Shown here piece after piece: positions 10,353 through 18,743 of a stretch of DNA of 64,000 nt. Source of the DNA: Spirochaetia bacterium. GTDB lineage: Bacteria > Spirochaetota > Spirochaetia > DSM-2461. The stretch covers positions 2,432,001 to 2,496,000 of the forward strand of contig CAXXIA010000002.1 in the NCBI GenBank assembly GCA_963666985.2, written 5' to 3'. The position numbers were made by a program, and so were the translations under genes. Position 1 is the stretch's first letter; every line of letters begins with the position of its first letter. The notes beneath the pieces are model-generated. The model worked only from the letters and a program-made list of their open reading frames with translations. It made no database searches and was not told the origin of the DNA.

Positions 10353-10368
10353 ATCAAAACGTTTTGAT
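10353..10368. promoter_or_regulatory. LacI-family operator O3
   Basis: Perfect 16-bp palindrome ATCAAAACGTTTTGAT at the predicted +1; same core as O1. Confidence 0.85.
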
Positions 10369-10376
10369 GGCGGTGG

Positions 10377-11327
10377 ATGATGAATACGAAATTTTTGGTT
10401 TTAACCGGCAAGTTTCAGGCTGATTTCGACGAGCGGATTCTTCCCGATCCTTCCGACGGTGAATTCCTTGTCCGCAACGATTTCAGTCTGGTGAGCCCGG
10501 GAACCGAGCTTGCGCTTTATACAGGCACTCATATCGGATTCGGCGATCCGGATATCGCATGGGCCGTCTATCCTTTGGATATCGGATACGCATCGGCCGG
10601 AACGGTTCTTCAAAGCAGGAATACGGCTTTCCCCGAGGGAAGCCGGGTTGTTCACTATGGAGCGCATGGGCCGCTGTCGCTTATAAACGAATCCGCCGTT
10701 GCGGCTGTGATTCCCGATGGGTTGGACGAAAAAACCGCCTGTTTCGGGCGCTTCGCTCAAATCGCCGCGAGTTCCGTTGAGGCTTGCGTGCGAAAATACG
10801 GAAAGGTTTTGGTTTACGGAGCGGGCATCGTCGGAAATCTTTCGGCTCAGTGGTTTGCCCTGAAGGGTGCCGATTCGGTGGGCATTCGTGATTTATCCGA
10901 AGATAGGATGCGGCGGGCTTCTTCCTGCGGGATTGCCGCGGACGGCGGATCCGATGAAGCTCCCTCCACCGTCATCGAAGCCACCGGTGTTCCGAGCGTG
11001 GTGAATGAAGCCCTCAGAGAGGTCGCACTCGGCGGTCAGGTTGTTTTACTCGGCTCCACGCGGGGGCCTGTGGAAATCAATGTTTACAAAATGATCCATA
11101 GAAAAGCCGTGGTTCTTTCGGGGGCCCATGAAACGATACTCGGCGGACGTACGCGGGAGGTTCTCGGCGAATCCTTGGATCGTCTGGCCGACGGGGGTTT
11201 GAAGGTCGCCCCGCTGATGACCCAAGTGATTAAACCCGAAGAGCTTCCGGGGATTTATGAACGCATTCGTGAAAATCCGGATAACTACCTGGGCGTTCAT
11301 GTTGATTGGAGCACATGGCATGATTGA
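10377..11327 (+). CDS. MDR-family (zinc-type alcohol dehydrogenase-like) sugar oxidoreductase
   Basis: SLVSPGTE, YPLDIGYASAG, Rossmann motif VYGAGIVG, VIEATG. Confidence 0.85.
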   Translation: MMNTKFLVLTGKFQADFDERILPDPSDGEFLVRNDFSLVSPGTELALYTGTHIGFGDPDIAWAVYPLDIGYASAGTVLQSRNTAFPEGSRVVHYGAHGPLSLINESAVAAVIPDGLDEKTACFGRFAQIAASSVEACVRKYGKVLVYGAGIVGNLSAQWFALKGADSVGIRDLSEDRMRRASSCGIAADGGSDEAPSTVIEATGVPSVVNEALREVALGGQVVLLGSTRGPVEINVYKMIHRKAVVLSGAHETILGGRTREVLGESLDRLADGGLKVAPLMTQVIKPEELPGIYERIRENPDNYLGVHVDWSTWHD

Positions 11328-12168
11328 TAAAAAGCGTCTTACGGGTATCGCCGATGAAGGCGCCGCGTCCATAGAAGGACAGTTGGAACTTCACAAGAGT
11401 CTCGGCTGGGATTCCATTGAACTGCGTTTTGTCGACGGCGTGAATGTCTGCGAAATGGACGATGCCGCCTTCGACAAGGTTGCATCGGCGATAGAAGAAG
11501 CGGAATTTCGGACGGTCGCGTTCGGTTCGGCCATCGCCAATTGGTCGCGCTCGGCGGAAGATCCTTTCGAGAGGGACCGGGACGATCTTTTGCGGTCCGT
11601 TCCCCGGATGCATCGGCTGGGATGTCCTTACATCCGCATTATGTCTTATATGCCGGGAAGTCTTCAGGGTGAAGAATGGGCCTCTGCTGCGATAAACCGG
11701 GTGAAGGAACTGACGCGGATCGCCTCCGGTGAAGGAGTGGTTCTGGTTCTGGAAAACTGTGACGGCTGGGCCGCGAAAAAACCGGAGAACTTTAGGCGTC
11801 TTTTTGAGGAAATCCCGGAGAAGACTCTGCGGGTGGTTTTTGATCCGGGGAATCCCCTCTCTCACGGTGATGCTCCCGAAAGTGTTATCGATTTCTTCCG
11901 GGCGGCCATGGATCGGATCGTTCATTTCCATATCAAGGACTGCTATCCGGATGATGAAGGCAAAGCGGTTCACTGCTTTCCCGGCGAAGGACGCTGCTGC
12001 AATGCTTCCTTCATCGCCATCCTTGAGAAGATGGGCTATAAGGGGATGTATTCCATCGAGCCCCATATGACCGGTCCGTTTCATGATACGGGAACCGCGG
12101 AAGAGGCCAAGGCCGCCGGTTATCTGGAATACGGACGGCGCGCCGAGGCGATGCTGAAGAGCCTATAG
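11320..12168 (+). CDS. Sugar phosphate isomerase/epimerase (xylose-isomerase-like TIM barrel)
   Basis: Metal-ligand motifs LEN, FDPGN, HFHIKD, SIEPH; ATG at 11320 overlaps the upstream gene end. Confidence 0.88.
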   Translation: MIDKKRLTGIADEGAASIEGQLELHKSLGWDSIELRFVDGVNVCEMDDAAFDKVASAIEEAEFRTVAFGSAIANWSRSAEDPFERDRDDLLRSVPRMHRLGCPYIRIMSYMPGSLQGEEWASAAINRVKELTRIASGEGVVLVLENCDGWAAKKPENFRRLFEEIPEKTLRVVFDPGNPLSHGDAPESVIDFFRAAMDRIVHFHIKDCYPDDEGKAVHCFPGEGRCCNASFIAILEKMGYKGMYSIEPHMTGPFHDTGTAEEAKAAGYLEYGRRAEAMLKSL

Positions 12169-12285
12169 GGTGTATCGGCGATAAGGCCGCCGTGTGCCGG
12201 AGTCTGCGGCGATAAGCGGCCGAGGAGGACGCCGATCTATGGATATGTTCTCTATGCGACCGGGAAGAGCCGGTATTCGGGTAAA

Positions 12286-12322
12286 TCCGATTCGCGCCGA
12301 TATCTCATGGGCGCGAGTCGGA
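12286..12322. terminator. Stem-loop between convergent genes
   Basis: TCCGATTCGCGCC...GGCGCGAGTCGGA, 13-bp stem with one G-U pair; no clear U tract. Confidence 0.45.
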
Positions 12323-12351
12323 ATATGCCGGGATAGACCGATCCGAAAGAA

Positions 12352-13968
12352 TCAAAGTCCCACGACGTTTTTGTTCTTTTCTATGGTGTAAACAAGTTCC
12401 CGAACCGTTTTCTCCCGGGGTGAGAGCTCCGCGGACCATGTAATAAAGCCGTCCGCATCCGGCCCTTTGTATCCTTCCGATGTGTCTTTTTCATTGAAGA
12501 TGATTTTCACCTTCCCGATTTCCGATACCGGGATTCGCTCCTTAACCGTCAGGGTTTTCTTTGCCGCTCCGATGTTGCTGATTTTTATTCCGATCCTGTA
12601 TTCCGTTTTGTCTTTGGTGCCCAGCTTTCCGGCTTCTTTATACCGTGTGTCTTCGGTTCTGCGAATTCTGATATCCGGATCGGGACCCCAGCCCAGCGGG
12701 AAAATCTCCCCTGATTCCACATAGGCAACATGGGTGCGCCCAACCCGTGTTCCGTTCCGGATGAGTTCCACGGGACCGGCCAGAACGGGATAACTCCCGC
12801 CGTTCGTTTGACGGCTGCGGATAAATCCGTAGGGACTGAGTTCCGGCATGGCGATAAGATCGGTTTCCGAGGTGCCCTCGAAGGAAAGCAGGGCAAAATT
12901 GCGGGGACGGCCGTCCGAGGGAACATCCGCCGGTTTGCCGACCGTGAAGCTGCGGACAATACCGCCGTCGTCCACGCCCGGAAGGGATTCGGCCGACTTC
13001 CCCGAAGATTCCTCGGAGCCGAATCCCGCATCATCGACCGATTCTTCCCGAATCTCGACGACATCTTCCTTCTCTCTTCTTATGACTGTAACGACATCGT
13101 CGGAGAGAACCGGAGGTCCGCTGCCCAATGAGGGACGCCGGGTGGAAAGCGAAAGATTCACATCTTTCCAATCCTCGCCGGTTCTCTGCCATACCCAGCC
13201 GTCGGTTTCGAATCGGAGGCTGTTTCCGTCCAGAACCGCGCGGTATCCCGGACGCCAGCAGGCCGCCGGAACCGTGTACTCGACTTCGAGTCTGTAGCTT
13301 CCGGGCGTTAAAACCGTGATGTCCAGAACTGCAAAAGCGCCGCAGCGATTCGACGGAGTGATTCCCGCCGCTCTTACGGATTCAAGTTCGTTGATTTTTT
13401 CTTCGATATCTTCGAGTCCGCATCGTGTTTCATATCGTTTGCCGGCCAATTCTGCCAGCAGGCCGTCGAGTTTTTCCGGAGAGAATTCCGATTCCGCGGA
13501 CGCTGCTCTGCCCGTGGCGATATCCTCGGGGATTTCCCGGGCGGCCAGATCGATGATTTTTCTCAGATCTTCGCGCCTCTTATCGATGTTTCCGATTTCA
13601 TCGGTCAGCTCTTCCCGGCGTAAGCTCAGTTCTTTAATCAGGGAATCCACCTCGGCGCTGCCGGCTTCCTGAGGAGTTTTGAGAGTTCTTCGTACTGATG
13701 ACCCGACGACCGCCGCGCCGCGAAATCCTTCGAGCTCCGCGGAATCTTTTCGGCCGCTTCCGCCTTCGGTGTTCGGAGACTCCTCGCCGTTCGGACTTGA
13801 AAGCGCGGCCGTCAGCGACTTATCGGAAACAACCGGAGAGATTCCGGCTATCTCCACGATCGACGGTCCCTCCGGAAGCTTTATTGTTCCGATTCTGCGA
13901 ACACGGGCCCGATCTTCAAAGAGAGTAACGTCGGTAACGGGTGCGGCGGCTGCAATTCGATTCATCAT
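12352..13968 (-). CDS. DUF4140/DUF4139 (MuiA-like) protein
   Basis: VTDVTLFEDRARVRR N-terminus, coiled coil, ACWRPGY, WQRTGEDWKDVNLSLST, VKERIPVS. Confidence 0.88.
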   Translation of the reverse strand: MMNRIAAAAPVTDVTLFEDRARVRRIGTIKLPEGPSIVEIAGISPVVSDKSLTAALSSPNGEESPNTEGGSGRKDSAELEGFRGAAVVGSSVRRTLKTPQEAGSAEVDSLIKELSLRREELTDEIGNIDKRREDLRKIIDLAAREIPEDIATGRAASAESEFSPEKLDGLLAELAGKRYETRCGLEDIEEKINELESVRAAGITPSNRCGAFAVLDITVLTPGSYRLEVEYTVPAACWRPGYRAVLDGNSLRFETDGWVWQRTGEDWKDVNLSLSTRRPSLGSGPPVLSDDVVTVIRREKEDVVEIREESVDDAGFGSEESSGKSAESLPGVDDGGIVRSFTVGKPADVPSDGRPRNFALLSFEGTSETDLIAMPELSPYGFIRSRQTNGGSYPVLAGPVELIRNGTRVGRTHVAYVESGEIFPLGWGPDPDIRIRRTEDTRYKEAGKLGTKDKTEYRIGIKISNIGAAKKTLTVKERIPVSEIGKVKIIFNEKDTSEGYKGPDADGFITWSAELSPREKTVRELVYTIEKNKNVVGL

Positions 13969-16067
13969 TCGGCCTCCCTGTTGTTGCCGTCCGGTATCTC
14001 GGTATTGGAGGGAATCTGTATGTCGTATTCGGCCAGCAGTTTTGTTTTTTCTCCGGCGGCCAGGGAGAGCTTCCAGCGGTATCCGCCTCTCAGATAATCG
14101 GTCTCTTCTTCATAGCGCTCCCATACCGGTTCCGTTTTCGTCAGCTCAATCTTCACCTTTTCTTCGGCCTTACCCTGATCGTCCGGTCTAACGGGAATGC
14201 GTTCCCTCACTTCCAGTTCCACGGGACGGGAAAGGTTGTTGACCGCATCGATGAGTATTTCGTGATGCAGCGTCAGTTGGGTGCCCGCAAGGCCCGAAGT
14301 CTTTTCTTCGAAGTGTGTGTTGCGGGCAATTTTAATGCCTTCCTCGGCGCCGAGACCCAGGATTGTTGTTCCTCCCGAAGGAATGGTCTCCAGATGTGTT
14401 GTCAGCAGGGGGGTGGATTCGACCGAGACATCCACGGGGCCTGCCGGAAGCGGAGCCTCATCTTCATTCTTAAACTCGGCTGCGGCGAAGACCGTTGAAT
14501 CAATGCGCGGAACCGAAATGTAGCGGACCGCAACCGGAACTTGTGCCGTTCGAACGGGAATCGAATGGAAGCGACCGTCGGACTCCACGGAGACCGGTAC
14601 GGCCGTTTTATAGACATAATCAAATCCGTCCACGTCGGTCGGGTAACGGCATCCCTGCGGCGGTACGGCCGCGAGCGTCTCCGCCGAACTTTCCGCCGAT
14701 TCAAGACGTTCCCAGACGGCCGAATCGAGTTTCGCCGATAATGCACCGGCCTTTTCGGCGTAGAGTTCCCTGCGTGTCGCCGGATGGAGTTCCGAGAAGC
14801 CTGTTTCTTCCGGATCGGGAAGGCGGAGCGCGGCATAGTCGAGCAGATCATTCCCCGGCTCCCGGGAAATGAACTCTTTTTCGGAATCTTTCATTTCCAT
14901 GGACGCCGCCATCTGCAGTTCCATCGATTCGGAACGGCGTTTTTTTGCGGCATGAACGGAAGGCGGAGCGGATGATTTCATTATTTCCATTCGGCGCTCT
15001 TCATATTCATAGTCTTCCGTGTCTTCGAAGATTTCTTCATCGTAATCATCATCTTCGATGTCATAGTCATCCTCATCCGGAAGTCTCTGAGAAATCGGAG
15101 CGGCCGCGGGAATGAAGCCTCCGATTCGTGAGTCGAAGAACGACTTGTAGTCCGAAAAGAGTTCTTGAGTTCCTATAGGAGCCTCTTTCCATCCTTTCTT
15201 TGAGCGGCCGCGTGCCGCCCGGCCGATACGGCGGCTGTTCAATTCGGGCAGATCCCGCCATTGCCCGGAGAAGGCGGTCGACAGGGTCAGAGCGGCCCCG
15301 GACCAATCTTCACCGCTTCGCTGACATACCAGAGCGCGTGTCTCCAGAACGGCTTGGGCGAACACGGCGTCGAACCGGAGGGCGTATGTGGGAACCCAGC
15401 GCGCGCCGGGGATTAAATATTCCAAGAAAATCCCAACATCTTCGCCTTCCGCTCCGGCGGAATCCATGGTCAGGACAACGGCCTTCCGAATCTCATTCCG
15501 GCGGCGCTCTTTTTCCGCCGATGCCGTCAATTCCCGGTTTCTCAGGAGTTCCAGTTTCTCAGAGGCTTCGGAAAGGCGATTCTTGATATCCCGCTTTTTT
15601 TTGAGAAGATCGGCTCTTCTCCGATTTATGTTTTCCGCGTACGCGGCTCTTTCGGCAAAAGGCGAGGAGATTGCCGCTGCGGGATTTTTCGTGACGGGAC
15701 GCTCGGGCCAGTCGGTCGTTTCCCGGCGAGAGATGGCCGCTTCGGTTTCTCCGAGCTCCTCTTTGAGCCTGCCGACGGTTCTCTCGGCTTCTTTGAGTTC
15801 TTCCGTACCGTGCGGATTATCTTCGGAGGCCAATTCGGGAATGTCCAGGACGATTCCGATATCCGTTATCCGGGAACTCGTTTTCTCTCCGAAAATACCG
15901 GCCCGGACGGTCTCGTCGCGGAGCGCCAAGGGAAGTCCCATGACGTTCCGGGAAATCTTTTCTTTGCTCTTCGAAGCCTTCACGGAACCGGTCCTTCTGA
16001 TGAGAGCACCTTCCCTGTAAACCGTAACCGACGTTATCACCGTATCGAGTGTTTGAATGGCCTCCAT
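13965..16067 (-). CDS. DUF4140/DUF4139 protein (longer paralog with acidic insert)
   Basis: ITSVTVYREGALIRR, ARWVPTY, CQRSGEDWSGAALTLST, VRERIPV; 4-nt overlap with the downstream paralog. Confidence 0.88.
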   Translation of the reverse strand: MEAIQTLDTVITSVTVYREGALIRRTGSVKASKSKEKISRNVMGLPLALRDETVRAGIFGEKTSSRITDIGIVLDIPELASEDNPHGTEELKEAERTVGRLKEELGETEAAISRRETTDWPERPVTKNPAAAISSPFAERAAYAENINRRRADLLKKKRDIKNRLSEASEKLELLRNRELTASAEKERRRNEIRKAVVLTMDSAGAEGEDVGIFLEYLIPGARWVPTYALRFDAVFAQAVLETRALVCQRSGEDWSGAALTLSTAFSGQWRDLPELNSRRIGRAARGRSKKGWKEAPIGTQELFSDYKSFFDSRIGGFIPAAAPISQRLPDEDDYDIEDDDYDEEIFEDTEDYEYEERRMEIMKSSAPPSVHAAKKRRSESMELQMAASMEMKDSEKEFISREPGNDLLDYAALRLPDPEETGFSELHPATRRELYAEKAGALSAKLDSAVWERLESAESSAETLAAVPPQGCRYPTDVDGFDYVYKTAVPVSVESDGRFHSIPVRTAQVPVAVRYISVPRIDSTVFAAAEFKNEDEAPLPAGPVDVSVESTPLLTTHLETIPSGGTTILGLGAEEGIKIARNTHFEEKTSGLAGTQLTLHHEILIDAVNNLSRPVELEVRERIPVRPDDQGKAEEKVKIELTKTEPVWERYEEETDYLRGGYRWKLSLAAGEKTKLLAEYDIQIPSNTEIPDGNNREAE

Positions 16068-16245
16068 AGAACCTCTCCGTTAGTTAAAGGATAACATGAT
16101 AATGAGCATCCGTGATTTTTTTCGCCCATTGCTTTACGGCGGTGTGAATAATTTCCGGAACCGCCGCGCCGAATATATCGAAAAAAAAGTTCCGTATGCG
16201 TTCGCCATTCTATAAACAGCGGAGCGCTTATGGAGGGCTTGCCCG

Positions 16246-17334
16246 TTATGGCTCCGAAAGCGCCCATCCTTCCGCGGCTTCGCGAACGGCATCGAAAACG
16301 GCATAGCCTTCCTGAAATGTTCCGAGGCGTCCCTGCCGGGCCACGATGCCGAAGTAACCGTACTTTTTATTCCAGAACGGATAGGCGCCGTAAGCGCCGG
16401 GTGAAGAAACCTGAACGGCTTCATCCGGATTCCATCCGGGAGCGGGGCATTCAATCCACATCCCGTATCCGTAATGCCATTCTTCGCCGAGCCGTTCCCA
16501 TGCCGGTGAATATCCGATTGCGGCCGAATCCAGCCGGTCTCCGCTCGCCTGAGAAATCAGGGTTTTGTCCTTATAGAAGCTGCCGTTTTTAAAGGCCCGG
16601 ATGAAATCGATGTAGTCTCGGGCCGTCCAGATCATTCCGCCGGCCAGGCGAGGGTTTGCAGCGGAGGGAAGCCTGTAGTCCGAGTTGGGAAAAAGCCCGG
16701 TTTTCGTTCGGAAGGCGTTAAAGAGTTCCGTCCAATTATCGTAGCCTCCGGCGCGGACGGCCATGGCGCCGGCCACCTGGAGATGAGCCGATCCGTAATG
16801 GAATGAGGCTCCGGGTTCTCCGGGGTCAGCGGAAATACCGCCATTCCTTTGTGCAATGGCGGTGATGCATCTGAAAAAGTCACCCTCCGGATTGTTCAGA
16901 CAGGGTACCTCTTCATCGAGTCCGGAAGTGAAGCTCAGAAGCTGCGCCAGAGTGATCCCGCGAAGCGGATCGTTTTCATTCGTCGGCCATTCCCGTTTAG
17001 CAAAGTAATCCTCGGGAGAATCATCGAGAGCCATAAGGCCGTTATCCGCCAGGGTTAGGATAATCGCCGCGGTAACCCACTTGGAGGTGGATGCCGGCTT
17101 GTAGGGCGTATCGAGTCCGGCGTTCCCTCTGGTATAAAGGTATTGTTCGCCGGCCGCATCCTCCAGAAAAAAAAGGAAATCAACGCTGCTTGAAGCGGCC
17201 TCCAGTTCGGAGGTTAAAAGGAGCGCCCATTCCGTTTTGGACTCCGGTTCTATGGAATCCTGCTCGGCGGAACAGCATGATAGAGGGAAGAGCGCGGCCG
17301 TAAGAAGAATTATAAGAGCGTGGAAAGTGTTCAT
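16246..17334 (-). CDS. Serine hydrolase, beta-lactamase class C/PBP-like (probable lipoprotein)
   Basis: SxxK motif ASTSK, LLSFTSGL, FHYGS; hydrophobic leader ending FPLSCC; GGGAG RBS before the ATG at 17334. Confidence 0.85.
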   Translation of the reverse strand: MNTFHALIILLTAALFPLSCCSAEQDSIEPESKTEWALLLTSELEAASSSVDFLFFLEDAAGEQYLYTRGNAGLDTPYKPASTSKWVTAAIILTLADNGLMALDDSPEDYFAKREWPTNENDPLRGITLAQLLSFTSGLDEEVPCLNNPEGDFFRCITAIAQRNGGISADPGEPGASFHYGSAHLQVAGAMAVRAGGYDNWTELFNAFRTKTGLFPNSDYRLPSAANPRLAGGMIWTARDYIDFIRAFKNGSFYKDKTLISQASGDRLDSAAIGYSPAWERLGEEWHYGYGMWIECPAPGWNPDEAVQVSSPGAYGAYPFWNKKYGYFGIVARQGRLGTFQEGYAVFDAVREAAEGWALSEP

Positions 17335-17463
17335 TTCGCTCCCTTCCGGATTCTTTTTTTGTAAACGGGCGCCGGCCTCGCCTTGAACAGGTTTTCTAAG
17401 CCGCCTTTTTAGGAAATTGTATCGCGAAATAACCGATTCGGCCAAATTCAGCAGTCCTGGCGA

Positions 17464-17530
17464 TTGACAGAATAGGACAGAAGATGACAATTAAAGACAG
17501 AGAGGTTCCATCCGGTACAATATAGGACGA
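17464..17530 (+). repeat. Helically phased direct-repeat array in the promoter of the PTS-HTH operon
   Basis: GACAG/GACAG/GACAA/GACAG at 17466, 17476, 17486, 17496, with in-phase variants TACAA (17516) and GACGA (17526); overlaps TTGACA (17464) and TACAAT (17516). Confidence 0.7.
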
Positions 17531-17558
17531 TAAGGACTTGACGGGGGAAGTAAAGACC

Positions 17559-18272
17559 ATGGATTACCAGCGAACGGCGTTGTCGATAGCCGATGTGGCG
17601 AAAATCCTTCAGGTTTCGGAAAAAACCGTTACGAGAATGCTTCGCGACGGAGCGATACCGGGATTCAAAGTAGCGAATCAATGGCGTTTTCATCCGGACG
17701 ATTTCGAAAAGTGGCTCAATTCCAAACGAGGGACGAATGACGATTCATCGGAACTCTCCTCCGTTGACGGTCTGGGTTATGAGCCGCTGCCGTTATCAAG
17801 GCTGACCGCGGAAGATCTCATTCTTCCGAACCTTTCCGCCGGATCGAAGCGGGAGGTTCTTTCCGCGCTGGTTAAACCACTGGCCGCCCGCGGTGTCGTT
17901 GAGGATAAGGAGGCCTTTGTCGAAGGTCTCTGGGCAAGAGAAAAAATGGTTACGACCGGTATCGGCGGAAGAGTGGCCCTGCCACATTTGAGAAATCCGG
18001 AGGACCAGCCGATTGAGCGCCCCCTTATGGTTATAGGCGTATCGAAAAAGGGTATCGATTGGTCGTCCATCGATAATCTCCCGGTACATCTTTTCCTGAT
18101 GCCGATTACCGGAAACGAAGTGCTTCATGTCAGAACACTTTTCGCGATTCGCCGAGCTCTGGCGGTTGAGGATTTTGTCGACAAAATTATCGCCGCAAAG
18201 TCGCGATCCGAAGTTTTATCCATTTTACTTATGGTTGAGACTCTGCAGATGAATCGAACGGAACTTACCTGA
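17559..18272 (+). CDS. Excisionase/BldC-like HTH fused to PTS EIIA (Fru/Ntr-type) domain
   Basis: N-terminal LSIADVAKILQVSEKTVTRMLRDGAIPGFKVANQWRF; C-terminal REKMVTTGIGGRVALPH with the phospho-His. Confidence 0.9.
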   Translation: MDYQRTALSIADVAKILQVSEKTVTRMLRDGAIPGFKVANQWRFHPDDFEKWLNSKRGTNDDSSELSSVDGLGYEPLPLSRLTAEDLILPNLSAGSKREVLSALVKPLAARGVVEDKEAFVEGLWAREKMVTTGIGGRVALPHLRNPEDQPIERPLMVIGVSKKGIDWSSIDNLPVHLFLMPITGNEVLHVRTLFAIRRALAVEDFVDKIIAAKSRSEVLSILLMVETLQMNRTELT

Positions 18273-18287
18273 AAGGAGATATGTGTA

Positions 18288-18743
18288 ATGGAAATTCATG
18301 ATGTGATATCGGCCGACCGATGCCGGGTTTTGCATAGCCGAACGAAGACCGAAGCATTGTTGGAACTTATTGAAATCGTCGGCGAGGAGAATTCCGTCGC
18401 CGATTTGGAGGCTCTGAAGAAGGAAATCTTCTATAGGGAACAAATCATGAGCACGGGAATCGGTCAGGGGATAGGAATCCCCCATGTTCGTTTTCCCGGG
18501 ATGAAGGAACCGATTGTTCTTGTCGGAGTGAGTCCGAAAGGTCTTGAAGATTATGAATCCTTGGACGGAGAGATTGTCAAACTGGTTTTTATGATTCTCG
18601 TTGATGAAAATCATCATAAGGAATACTTAAGAATCCTTTCGCTTATTGTTCAGCGCTTGAAGGATGATGGTTTTCGAAAAGGCCTCTTCGGCGCTGAGAC
18701 GGATAAAGCCGTATTCGAATTGCTTACAGGCGGAGAAAAATGA
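18288..18743 (+). CDS. PTS EIIA (PtsN-like) stand-alone protein
   Basis: REQIMSTGIGQGIGIPH, YESLDGEIVKLVFMI; AAGGAG RBS. Confidence 0.92.
   Translation: MEIHDVISADRCRVLHSRTKTEALLELIEIVGEENSVADLEALKKEIFYREQIMSTGIGQGIGIPHVRFPGMKEPIVLVGVSPKGLEDYESLDGEIVKLVFMILVDENHHKEYLRILSLIVQRLKDDGFRKGLFGAETDKAVFELLTGGEK

Noticed and set aside
17559..17720. Excisionase-like HTH as evidence for a prophage or ICE
   Set aside because: Fused to EIIA within a transporter operon; no integrase, att site or phage genes nearby.
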